Source: Heptranchias perlo (taxonomy: Eukaryota). From it: a DNA stretch of 64,000 nt. Each line of letters begins with the position of its first letter. Within the stretch, counting starts at the first letter, position 1. Positions 48,715 to 60,943 of this stretch are shown one piece after another. The translations under genes were made by a program, and so were the position numbers. Where the stretch lies: assembly GCF_035084215.1 (NCBI RefSeq), contig NC_090331.1, forward strand, positions 74,400,001 to 74,464,000. The letters run 5' to 3'. The notes under the pieces were generated by a model. It was given only the letters and a program-made list of their open reading frames with translations, was not told the origin of the DNA and ran no database searches.

Positions 48715-51442
48715 CGTAGAAACATAGAAAATAGCAGCAGGAGTAGGCCATTCGGCCCTTCGAGCCTGCTCCGCCTTTCAATATGATTATGGCTGATCCT
48801 CTATCTCAATACCATATTCCCGCTCACTCCCCATACCCCTTGATGCCTTTTGTGTCTAGAAATCTATCTAACTCCTTCTTAAATATACTCAGTGACTTGG
48901 CCTCCACAGCCTTCTGTGGTAGAGAATTCCAAAGGTTCACCACCCTCTGAGTGAAGAAATTTCTCCTCATCTCAGTCCTAAATGTCCTACCCCATATCCT
49001 GAGACTGTAACCCCTCATTCTGGACCCCCCAGCCAGGGGAAACATCCTCCCTGCATCCAGTCTGTCTAGCCCTGTCAGAATTTTATATGTTTCAATGAGA
49101 TCCCCTCTCATTCTTCTGAACTCAAGTGAATACAGGCCGAGTCGACCCAATCTCTCCTCATACAACAGTCTTGCCATCCCAGGAATCAGTCTGGTGAACC
49201 TTCGCTGCACTCCCTCTCTGGCAAGTATATCCTTTCTTAGGTAAGGAGACCTAAACTGCACACAATACTCCAGGTGTGATCTCACCAATAACTGTAGTAA
49301 GACATCCTTGCTCCTGTACTCAAATCCTCTTGCAATGAAGGCCAACATACCATTTGCCTTCCTAACTGCTTTCTGCACCTGCATGTTTGCTTTCAGTGAC
49401 TGGTGTACAAGGACATCCAGGTCCCTTTGTAAATCAACGTTTCCCAATCCATCACCATTTAAATAACACTTTGCCTTTCTGTTTTTCCTTCCGAAGTGGA
49501 TAACTTCACATTTATCCACATTATATTGCATCTTCCATGTATTTGCCCACTCACTCAACTTGTCTAAATCGCCTTGAAGCCTCTTTGCATCCTCCTCACA
49601 ACTCACGATCCCACCTAGTTTTGTGTCGTCAGCAAACTTGGAAATATTACATTTGGTTCCCTCATCCAAATCATTGATATATATTGTGAATAGCTGGGGC
49701 CCAAGCGCTGATCCCTGTGGTACCCCACTTGTCACCGCCTGCCACCCCGAAAAAGACCCATTTATTCCTACTCTCTGTTTCCTGTCTGTTAACCAATTTT
49801 CAATCCATGCCATTATATTACCCACAATCCCACGTGCTTTCATTTTGCACACGAACCAATTTCCTGTTTGATTCTATCCCCTACATTACCATTACTGTTT
49901 GGAGGCCTATAGACAACTCCCACCAGTGTTTTCTGCCCCTTGGTGCTTCTTAACTCCACCCAGACTGATTCTACACCTTGATTTTCTGAGCCAATATCCT
50001 TTCTCACTGTTGCTCTGATTTCATCCTTTACTAACAATGCCACCCCACCTCCTTTTCCTTTTTGCCTGTCCTTCCTAAATATCGAATATCTTTGGATATT
50101 CAGCTCCCAGCCTTGGTCATCCTGCAGCCATGTCTCTGTAATTGCAATTATATCATATCCGTTTACATCTATTTGCGCTGTTAATTCATCTACTTTATTA
50201 CGAATGCTTCGTGCATTCAGATACAGTGCCTTTAGATTTGTCTTTTTAACATTTTTAGACATCTTAACATTTTTTGTACTATGGCCCTATTTGTCTTATT
50301 ACCATTTTTTCTTACCCGGACCCTATTTGTCAGTGCACTCTTTTGTTTGTACTCTCTGACACAATCTGGATATCCTTACCCCAATCACTTTCCGACACTG
50401 CTTCTTTGTCTTTTCTCTTTAGCATTCTCGACTTCTCTCCACTGGGACCCTCACCCCACTTATTTAGTTTAAAGCCCTATCTACCTCCCTAGTTATTCGA
50501 TTCGCTAGAACTCTGGTCCCAGCATGGTTCAGGTGTAGTCTGACCCAATGGAACAGCTCTCTCTTTCCCCAGTACTGGTGCCAGTGCCCCATGAATCGAA
50601 ACCCACCTCTCCCACACCAATCTTTGAGCCACGCATTCATCTCCCTGATCCTATTGACCCTATGCCAATTTGCTTGTGGCTCAGATAATAATCCAGAGAT
50701 TATTACCTTTGTGGTTCTGCTTTTTAATTTAGTCGCCAGCTGCTCAAACTCTCTCAGCAGAACCTTTTTTTTTAGTCCTACCTATGTCGTTGGTACCTAC
50801 ATGGACCACGACAACTGGATCCTCCCCCTCCCACTCCAAATTCTTCTCCAGCCCAGAGGAGATGTCCTTAACCCTGGCATCGGGTTGGCAACATAGCCTT
50901 CGGAACTCATGCTCCTGGCTTCAGAGAACAGTGTCTATCCCCCTAACTATACTGACGCCTACTACAAACATCTTCCTTTTTACTCCCCCCATTTGAACGG
51001 CTTCCTGTACCACGGTGCCGTGGTCAGTTTGCTCGTCCTCCCCGCAGTCCCCGCACTTGTCAACAATGGTTGCAAGAACCTCAAATCAACTGGACAAGCG
51101 CAGGGACTGAGGCTCCTGCAATACTACCTCCTGGATCTCCGTACTTGTCTCGTTCGCAGTCACACCCTCCTGTCCCTGACCTCGTGTCAATTCTAAAGTA
51201 TTTAATCTAAGGGGTGTGACTGCCTCCTGGAGCAAAAGGTCCAGGTCGCTTTCTCCCTCCCTGATATCTCGCAATATCTGCAGCTCGGACTCCAGCTCCT
51301 CAACTCGGAGCCGAAGTTCCTTGAGCCACTTACTGCAGATGTAGTCGCCATGGACAAAAATGTCCGCAAGCTGCCACATATTGCAGCAGCAACACATCTC
51401 CTGTTCTCCCATTTTATTTATTTAATTTATTAATTTAGTGTT
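48715..51442 (-). mobile_element. CR1 LINE with ORF1, endonuclease N-terminus, a large internal deletion near 49850 and the RT C-terminal half
   Basis: ORFs 51086-51412 (CCCCNMW..CSK zinc finger), 49840-50262 (NARS, TETW, YRPPNS) and 48824-49852 (PQG, FADD); tail acgtagaaacatagaaa. Confidence 0.93.
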
Positions 51443-52931
51443 AAAAACTCAATCAAGTTAGTTAGACACGATTTACCTTTAACAAATCCATGCTAGCTAT
51501 CCTTTATTAATCCACACTTTTCCAAGTAACTGTTAATTTTGTCCTGGATTATCATTTCTAAAAGTTTCCCCACTATCGAGGTTAAACTGACTTGCCTGTA
51601 GTTGCTGGGTTTATCCTGACACCCTTTTTTGAACAAGGGTGTAACATTTGCAATTCTGCAGTCCTCTGGCACCTCCCCCATATCTAAGGATGATTGGAAG
51701 ATTATGACCAGTACCTCCGTAATTACCACTCTTGCTTTCCTCAGCAACCTAGGATGCATCCCATCTGGACCGGGTGACTTAACTACTTTAAGTACAGCCA
51801 GCCTTTCTAATACCTCCTCTTTATCAATTTTTAGCCCATCCAGTATCTCAACTACCTCTTCACTTACTGTGATTTTGGCAGCATCTTCGTACTTGATAAA
51901 GACAGATGCAAAGTACTCATTTAGTACCTCGGCCATGCCCTCTGCCTCCATGCGTAGATCTCTATATTGGTCCCTAATTGGTCCCACCCCTCCTCTTACT
52001 ACCCATTTCCATGCCTATAGAAGACTTTTGGATTCCCTTTTATATTTGCCGCCAGTCTATTCTCATGTATATGCCCCTCTTATTTCCTTTTTCACCTCCC
52101 CTCTGAACTTTCTATATTCTGCCTGGTTCTCACTTGTATTATCAAGCTGACATCTGTCGTATGGTCCTTTTTTCAGCTTCATCTTACTCTCTACCTCTTT
52201 TGTCATCCAGGGAGCTCTGGTTTTAGTTGCGCTATGTTTCTCCCTCGTGGGAATGTGCCTAGACTGTACCCAAACCATCTCCTCCTTAAAGGCCCCCCAT
52301 TGTTCAATTACAGTTTTGCCTGCCAATCTTTGGTTCCGATTTACCCGGGCCAGATCCGTTCTCATCCTATTGAAATTGGCCCTCCTCCAATTGAGTATTT
52401 TTACTTTAGAGTGGTCCTTGTCTGTTTCCATAGCTAATCTAAACCTTATGATACTATGATCGCTGTTCCCTAAATGTTCCCCTCCTGACACTTGCTCCAT
52501 TTGGCCCATCACATTTCCCAGAACCAGATCCAGCAATGCCTCCTTCCTCGTTGGGCCTGAAACATACTGGTCAAGAAAGTTCTCCTGAACACACTTCAGA
52601 AATTCCTCCCCCTCTTTGCTCTTTACACTATTACTATCCCAGTCTACATTAGGATAGTTGAAGTCCCCCAATATCACTTCTCTATTGTTCTTGCACATTT
52701 CTGTAATTTCCCTGCAAATTTGCCCCTCTATCTTCTTCCCACTAGTTGGTGGCCTGTGGAATACACCCTGTAGTGTAATGGCACTTCTATTGTTTCTTAA
52801 CTATAACCAAATAGATTCTGTCCTTGACCCCTCCAGGACATCCTCTCTCTCCAGCACTGCAATATTCTCCTTGATCAATACTGCCACACCCCCCCTTCTT
52901 TCTTCCTTCCCCTATCTTTCCTGAACACCTT

Positions 52932-55222
52932 GGGCTCTATTTCGCACCTGCGATCGGGTGCGTTCGTGGCGGGGGGGGCTGCGAAAATCCGGGATTCCCG
53001 GGGCGGGTCCAGAACCCGGCTCCAACCCGCCCCATTTCTGGGTTTCCCAGTGATGCGCTCACATGTGCGCGCGGCCCCCGCACGTGGGACTCCCGCCAGC
53101 AATTAAAGCCGGCGGGGTGCCACTTAAAGTACTTATACAGGTTGTTTACAGACCTGATTGACCTGATATTTTAGGAGGGATGGGATTTTGCAACTGACTG
53201 AGACTGTTTCCCGTACTGGGGGAAACGCTCCCAGTTGAAATGGACGTGTTGCAGCCATCAGCCTGTGGCAGCTGCAAATGTCCATGTGACAGTTCGGGGG
53301 GGAGACCCTCACTCATTGCAGGAGGCCACTCTGTCACTTTGGACAAAGTTTGGCCTCCACCACCCTCCTCCTCAAATGCATAACCTTGCACACTTACCCC
53401 GGTGTCCAGACGTGGCAGGAGTGGTGATAATAATAATATTTATTGTGCATGTGAAATAAAACAAATATAAATGAAAAACATGACAAATCGTCAGACACCC
53501 TTGTGCATTCCCTTTGTGCTCACAAAACCTTCGCCTTGCGTTTCTGGGAACCCCTACGTGGTGCTACCCCTGTGGCTGCAGCAGAGGTAGTGGCAGGTTG
53601 CTCTTGTTCATGCCCTGACCGATGAGATGCTTTGGACCGACGCCCTCTGGGTTTCGGTGCCCGTGAGGGCCCCTCCAAAGACTGCTCCACCTGCACCTGT
53701 GCAGGGGCAGACTCGACCACCTGGAGAGGGGGCAACATTACGGGTACTGGTTGAAAGGGGGGCAACGGGTGAGACGTGGGAGCGCTTTGAGTGGCGTCCC
53801 CACTTCCATGTCCCCTTTCACCATCATCCCTCTCGTGGCCCAGGCCCACATCACTCCTTCCACCCTGCTGGACGGCAGTTTGGAGGACTTGTCTGAGGCT
53901 TTGGAAAGCCACCTGTAAAGTATCTGTCAGCCTGTTTAAGGCGGCAGAATGTTGCTCACCCTGACTCACCATGTGCAAGCCTAACTACGTGAGGACGGGG
54001 ACCCACCGAGGTGTGTGTATCTGCGCTGGTGGATGGATGGCTCGGATGTGACGATGGACCCTCAGAGACCGGCAGGTCCTCTGAGGAATCGCCCTCCACG
54101 GTCACGGCACTCGCAGATGGCCCTGCAAGAGAACAGAAAGCAATATTAGGCATGTGGACAGATGTTGAGGTGCTGCAGATGCCAAGTGATGCTAAGATCA
54201 TTCGCTGTCATGAGTGCTGAGTTTTAGTTTTCTGTCACCGGCCGCTTGTGCAATCCCAGCCTCGGCATCTGCCAGGGACAGGCACTCCAGCGTGTGGCTG
54301 ATGTCCAATGCCTGCTGCTCCGTGTCCGTTAGGACCACCTGGTGTGGCGGGCCCCCTCCGGTCCATGCCCTCTCCCGGGCGTTCTGGCATCTCTTCTCCT
54401 ATCAAGGCAAAACACAGAGGTGTGATTGAGTGATGGTTGCATGGTGAGCCGCTGCATGCATTGGTGTGGGTGGGGTTGAGCGTGAGGGAGATGCATGGGA
54501 GGGTGCGTGTGTAACATAGCCATGATATTGTATGAGGATTGGGTTGCGTGGTAGTGTTCGAATGGGAACTGGGGCGGTGAGTACGTGCAGGCAAGGTGAG
54601 GATGATAGTTGAGTGGATGTGAGGAGTGATGCGAGAGCGTTGTGGAGGCAGTGCAGAAGGGGTTGTGTGGTGGTGGAGGTGATGTGGAAGACGGAGTGTG
54701 GGAGAATGCGTAAGTATACTCACTTTGCCTAACCTGGTTAGATCATTAAATCTCTTCCTGCACTGGACCCAGGTTCGTGGCACATTGCTGCAGCTGGTGA
54801 CCTCCTCGGCCACCTCCAGCCAGGCCTTCTTCTTGATGGAGGGAGGGCAATTCCTCCCATCAGACGGGAAAAATATTTCCCTCCTCCTCCTCACCCCATC
54901 CAGCAGCAGCTGGAGTGAGGAGTCTGAAATTCTTGGGGCAGCCTTCCCTCTGGCGTGCTCCATGGTTTAGCATTGGTTGTTTGCTGCGGGAGGAGCATTG
55001 GTGGACTGCCCCTTTAAATAGGGCTCCTCCGGCTGACAGACCTTGCTGCGCTTGCGCAGTCCGCCCGCTGCGCAGCTTACCAGCGGGAAACCCGGAAGCA
55101 AAGGTAAGTGGCTCCAATTAGCCTGTAATTGCGTGCGGAGCACACTGATTTCATCGGGCGCGTTACCCACGCGCCCAGTTGACCCCCTGCTGAGAACCCG
55201 CCGCCCTGCTAATATTGAGCCC
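52932..55222 (-). mobile_element. Non-autonomous PIF/Harbinger transposon (2291 bp) with 3-bp TSD CTT
   Basis: Termini gggctctatttc / aatattgagccc; CTT at 52929-52931 and 55223-55225; removal restores the CR1 text cctgaacaccttgtatcc. Confidence 0.92.
53520..54963 (-). pseudogene. Harbinger Myb/SANT-like (NAIF1/MSANTD-type) DNA-binding gene: exons 54963-54724, 54398-54239 and from 54122; frame break near 53965
   Basis: APRISDSSLQLLLDGV..RR..AWLEVAEEV..RTWVQCRKRFNDL; phase-compatible GT-AG introns give EKRCQNARERAWTGGGPP in exon 2. Confidence 0.85.
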
Positions 55223-57619
55223 CTTGTATCCAAGGATATTTAGTACCCAATCCTGCCCTTTTTTGAGCCAGGTCTCCGTTATCGTCACTACATCATATTC
55301 GCATGTGGCTAATTGGGCCTGCAGCTCACTAACCTTGTTTACTACATTACTGCATGCATTTACATACATGCACTTTAAATCTATCTTAGACCTTCTTGTA
55401 TTCTCTCTTAGTCTGATCCCACCTAATACCATACTATTTCTTACTCTAGCGCTATCAATCTCTCCCAATCCTTTGTGCACCTTGTTTCTCCTTTCCAATG
55501 CTACATCCTGATGCCCAACTCCCTGCCAAATTAACTTAAACCCTCCCCCACAGAACCAGCGAACCTCCCTGCAAGGACATTGGTCCCAGCTCTGTGCAGG
55601 TGCAACCTGTCCGGCTTGTACTGGTCCCAATGCCCCAGGAATCTCAAGCCCTCCATCTCGCCAGCCATACAGTTATCTGTGCTACCCTTCTACTTCTATA
55701 CTCATTAGCCCGTGCCACCAGATGTAATCCGGAGATGACTACATTTGTGTTTCTGCTTATTAATCTCTTTCCTAACTCCCTAAACACTTCCTGCAGGACC
55801 CCATCCCTCTTTCTACCTATGTCTTTGGTACCAATATGGACCATGACCTCTGTTCACCCTCCCCCTTCAGAATGTTTTGTAGCCACTCAATGACATCCTT
55901 GACCCTGGCACCAGACAGGCAACACACCATCCTGGAATCACATCTGCGGCTGCAGAAGCACCTGTCTGTTCCCCTAACTATTGAATCTCCTATCACTTTT
56001 GCTCTCCTGACCTTTCTCCTTCTCCCTGTACAGCTAACCCTAACCCTGATGAAATAATTGCAGTGCTTAATGTGGTAATGAGCCAAATAGACCCAAAAGG
56101 CCTCAGGTTCAAAGGCTGAGCTGTACTGAGTTAACTTTTTAAAAAATTCATTCTCGGGACGTGGGTGTTGCTGGCAACGCCGGCATTTATTGCCTATCCC
56201 AAGTTGCCCTTGAATAGGTGGTGGTGGGCCTTCTTCTTGAACTGCCGCAGTCTGTGCAGTAGGAAGTTCCAGGATTTTGATTCAGCGACAATGAAGGAAC
56301 GGCGATATATATCCAACTCAGGATGGTGTGTGACTTAGAGGGGACTGAAAATATCAGTCAGGGTTTCCACTCCTTATCATCAACTAGTGACCTCTATTAG
56401 AAACTGTGCCCGACCGTGAGGTGAGTACGGGACGTACCAAGGTCAAACAGCCTGCCAATATTCACTGCCAGGCATCAGTCTTGAAGAATTTCCACTTAGG
56501 TGAAGTACTAAAGGACTGCCAGCACCTGTAGAACAGGACACCAGAATAAATCAGTACTTTCAAGGACAGCAGAAGAGAAAATTGGAAATGGGGGAGTGAG
56601 AAAGAGAGCTGCTCTATAACCGATGGTCAATAGTACATGCTCCGGGATTGACTGATCCTCTGGTTTCTCTTCCGTCTCTATCAGCTTTACTCAGCATCTT
56701 GGATGATTTTTGAGATTGTTGCCTTGCTCTATGGGGAATCATAGGTGTGAGCTCAAATAAGCCTTACAACAGCTTCCATTATTGGCTAGCAAAATAATAA
56801 ACACAGGTAACTCACTAAGCAAAACAGCTCACACAACTTGCATTTATTTTCTGCATGTAAATGATAATTTTATCTTGTAAACTGCTGATAATTCACATAT
56901 CAACATTTAAAAGAGCTCAAATATGTGATTTACTTGTTTAATTTTCTCCCCTCCTCTCCTGAAGAACTGATTTGTACTGGATATGGTTTCATGGGGCATT
57001 AGCTGGTCTCTGACTCAGTGGCGATTCTTTATGTATGAGTCCAGACACTAAGGCAGGATTTTCAATTGCATTTCTGTTGGGTTTGCAGCAATACTAGGGT
57101 AGATTATTGGGTCAAGACCTGTGTAGGCCTTAGTTGAGCCCAAGGTTAAAATGGCTTGCGCGTCCCAATGACATAATCAGGATGTGACTCTGCTATTTAA
57201 ATTAGGTCCTGCTCCTCTGGAGCAGGCGGCCATCCCTGAATTCAGGCAGCTACAAATGGTGTGGGCGAGAACTCGGCCGGAATGCGGCACGCACCTCCCC
57301 TGCCATCTTATATTTCCCGCCCGTACCATTCCCACCGGGCGGGGGTTTAAAATCGGCCCTGATATGTTAATGTCGTCCTGATCACATTATTTAAGTATTC
57401 ATGTAACTCTCTGATGTTCCTGCACGCCTAACTCCACCCATATAACTAGGGAATGAATTATATACAGAAGTTCATTTAAATACCTCAGTAAGAGGATTCT
57501 TTGCTCATTGTTTGGTCCATTTCTCAACCACTTTACTTATTTCCTTTTGCTGCTGTCACTTAGGTGTTTGGGAGTCTTTGTTCCAATTGTTGTGGCACGG
57601 CTATTTTTTCTGAATAGCT

Positions 57620-60200
57620 ATAATGGTACAACAATGGGTTTCTCCATAGGAATTCCCTTATTAGAGGAAGATGAGGAGAACCAATACAAGTCAGGTAGCA
57701 CCAGAGCTGCTCTGCGCCCATCTGCTGGTATCTTTGCACCACATTTACAGATTGGGACTCACAGAACTACAACAGCTCTTGTACAGGCTGGGATTCACAA
57801 GGGTGGCTGTAGCTGAATTGTGTCACATGATGCAAAGTGACCCGCAGCTAAACTCATCCACAGACTCGTGCTGCCAGGGCTTTGAAGGTTTTAGCAGCCT
57901 GTAACTCCTATGCCTTTGGATTCTTCCAAGCTGCCATTGGCAACATCACCCAGGTTAGTCAATCCACAGTTCCTAACTATAATCTTTCAAAGTTCTCTAG
58001 ATTCAGGAACTGTCCCTCTAGATTGGAAAATTGCACATGTCACTCCGCTTTTTAAGAAAGGAGAGAGAGGGAAATCGGGGAATTATAGACCAGTTAGCCT
58101 AACATCTGTTGTGGGGAAATTGCTGGAGTCCATAATTAAGGATAGGGTGACTGAACACCTTGAGAATTTTCAGTTAATCAGGGAGAGCCAGCATGGATTT
58201 GTGAAAGGTAGGTCGTGCCTGACAAACCTGATTAAATTTTTTGAAGAGGTGACTAAAGTAGTGGACAGGGGAATGTCAATGGATGTTATTTATATGGACT
58301 TCCAGAAGGCATTTGATAAGGTCCCACATAAGAGACTGTTAGCTAAGTTAGAAGCCCATGGAATCGAGGGAAAAGTACGGACTTGGTTAGGAAATTGGCT
58401 GAGCGAAAGGCAACAGAGAGTAGGGATAATGGGTAAGTATTCACATTGGCAGGATGTGACTAGTGGAGTCCCGCAGGGATCTGTCTTGGGGCCTCAATTA
58501 TTCACAATATTTATTAACGACTTAGATGAAGGCATAGAAAGTTTCATATCTAAGTTTGCCGATGACACAAAGATTGGTGGCATTGTAAGCAGTGTAGATG
58601 AAAACATAAAATTACAAAGGGATATTGATAGATTAGGTGAATGGGCAAAACTGTGGCAAATGGAATTCAATGTAGACAAATGTGAGGTCATCCACTTTGG
58701 ATCAAAAAAGGATAGAACAGGGTACTTTCTAAATGGTAAAAAGTTAAAAACTGTGGATGTCCAAAGGGACTTAGGGGTTCAGGTACATAGATCATTGAAG
58801 TGTCATGAACAGGTGCAGAAAATAATCAAGAAGGCAAATGGAATGCTGGCCTTTATATCTAGAGGACTGGAGTACAAGGGAGCAGAAGTTATGCTGCAGC
58901 TATACAAAACCCTGGTTAGACCGCACCTGGAGTACTGTGAGCAGTTCTGGGCACCGCACCTTCGGAAGGACATATTGGCCTTGGAGGGAGTGCAGTGTAG
59001 ATTTACTAGAATGATACCAGGACTTCAAGGGTTAAGTTACGAGGAGAGATTATACAAATTGGGGTTGTATTCTCTAGAGTTTAGAAGGTTAAGGGGTGAT
59101 CTGATCGAAGTTTATAAGATATTAAGGGGAACGGATAGGGTGGATAGAGAGAAACTATTTCCGCTGGTTGGGGATTCTAGGAGTAGGGGGCACAGTCTAA
59201 AAATTAGAGCCAGACCTTTCAGGAGTGAGATTAGAAAACATTTCTACACACAAAGGGTGGTAGAAGTTTGGAACTCTCTTCCGCAAACGGCAATTGATAC
59301 TAGCTCAATTGCTAAATTTAAATGTGAGATAGATAGCTTTTTGGCAACCAAAGGTATTAAGGGATATGGGCCAAAGGCAGGTATATGGAGCTAGATCACA
59401 GATCAGCCATGATCTTATCAAATGGCAGAGCAGGCACGAGGGGCTGAATGGCCTACTCCTGTTCCTATGTTCCTATAAATGTATAAGGCATGTGGCCGTT
59501 GCCTTGTTTGCTTGAGCAACCAATTTCATCTTCTCCGTGTAAACCACCATCAGCAAGAGAGTGCTTTGCAATCTTACCCAGTGGTAGGATTTCTGAAGGT
59601 GCATGGAACTACAAACTACACCTTTGTGGCCTTATGTGCTCCATTCATATTGACAATGCCTACTTGAATCAAAAAGAACTTCATTCTCTTGATTGTTCAC
59701 CTCTTTTGCCACCACAGCACTGGATTTTTCAAGTCAATGCTCGCTTCTCAGGTAGCTGTAATAATGCCTTTGCATTGATGGTCTACAAAGGCAAGTCTCA
59801 GGGTGACGCCTGGGTGATCAAGGCTATCTTCTGCAGCCATGGCTGTTGACACCTCTATGGTATTCTAGAAAACAGCTGAACATAGGTATAGCGCGAAGCA
59901 TGCATTTATCTGAGTAACTGTTTAGTGCATCATTGGAATGTTGAAACAGTATTTCAGGTGCATCAGTAGATCTAAGGGTGTCCCACAGCACAGCTTAGAT
60001 AAGTTTTCAAGATTTGTGGTGGTGTGCTGGGTGCTGCACAACTTCGTCATGCAAGGAGGCACCGTCTTGGAGACTCCATAGGAGGCAGGTTTCCAGATGC
60101 AGAAAGAGGACCATTTAGAGGAACAGGAGGAGCCTGATGAGGCTGCAGAACAGAACTTGATCCTAGCTAAAAGAGCCATTCGCCAACATCACACGCAGGA
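57620..60200 (+). mobile_element. Decayed Harbinger transposase remnant split by a CR1 insertion (element probably spans about 57050-62640)
   Basis: AVAELCHMMQSD (ORF 57671), GFLKVHGTTNYTFVALCAP (GFP.V.G.IDCTHV-like), QVNARFSGSCNNAF, and IIGMLKQYFRC..SKG..VCWVLHNF near 59929-60050. Confidence 0.78.
57971..59476 (+). mobile_element. Young 5'-truncated CR1 with uninterrupted RT/C-terminal frame
   Basis: ORF 57910-59394 has no stops from IIFQSSLDSG to GYGPKAGIWS; tail gttcctatgttcctat. Confidence 0.96.
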
Positions 60201-60943
60201 GACTTCACTTAACTTGGAAACGTGCCGCTGCGTTAACAGTCTTGTCTACATCTTCCCATTACGTCCAGAAATATACTTTCACCTGCAGTACCTTAAATCT
60301 TCCTGGCGGCTCACAAATCTTTTATTCCTATTACTATATGAAACATGCTTGCAAAGGTTGCAAGGATAGTCTCTGCACACACAACTTCACTGCAAACATA
60401 TGTTTAATGTCAAGCCATTTCGTGTGAGAGTGCCTAATGTTCCCTCTACATTGTCTCCCCATGACGATACTGTGAGTTATATATCCTCTTAAATCAAATC
60501 TGATGCTTTGCTTAGGTGCTGCCTGAGTGGCAGGAGTACGGGAAGTGGTCGGCTGCTGTGGGTCCATAATGGCCTTATGGGACTGAAGTTGTTTTTGCCT
60601 CTCGCCAGTTGAGCTTTGATGGACCTCAGGGTCCATTACAGCTCAACTTCATGGGCGGGCTGACCCTCCTCATGCTCTGATACATGTGCAGCTATTGGAG
60701 AGGGCTGGCAATGGTGGCTGGATGTGCTGCCGGCTTCAGAGGCAACACCAAAATTTTCTGATGACAGTTATTCTCCTACTGCTGGGCTCTGTCCCATCAT
60801 GACCAATGATTGGCATGAGAGCATGAGTTTGGCACCAACGAGATTAGTGATGCACTGACTCATGGCTTGCTCCAGTCAATCTCCAAGCATGTTGATGCCA
60901 GTCAAGATAACCCATTCGATTCTGGAACCTCAGGCCTCTTTTC

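Larger units (their letters stand above)
47590..56040 (-). mobile_element. Near full-length older CR1 broken by three insertions (pieces 47590-48357, 48534-48714, 51443-52931, 55223-56040)
   Basis: Colinear ORF1 (55644-56086), endonuclease (55223-55400, 52063-52930), RT (51493-51987, 48534-48714) and C-terminus (47795-48195); text rejoins across each insertion. Confidence 0.92.
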
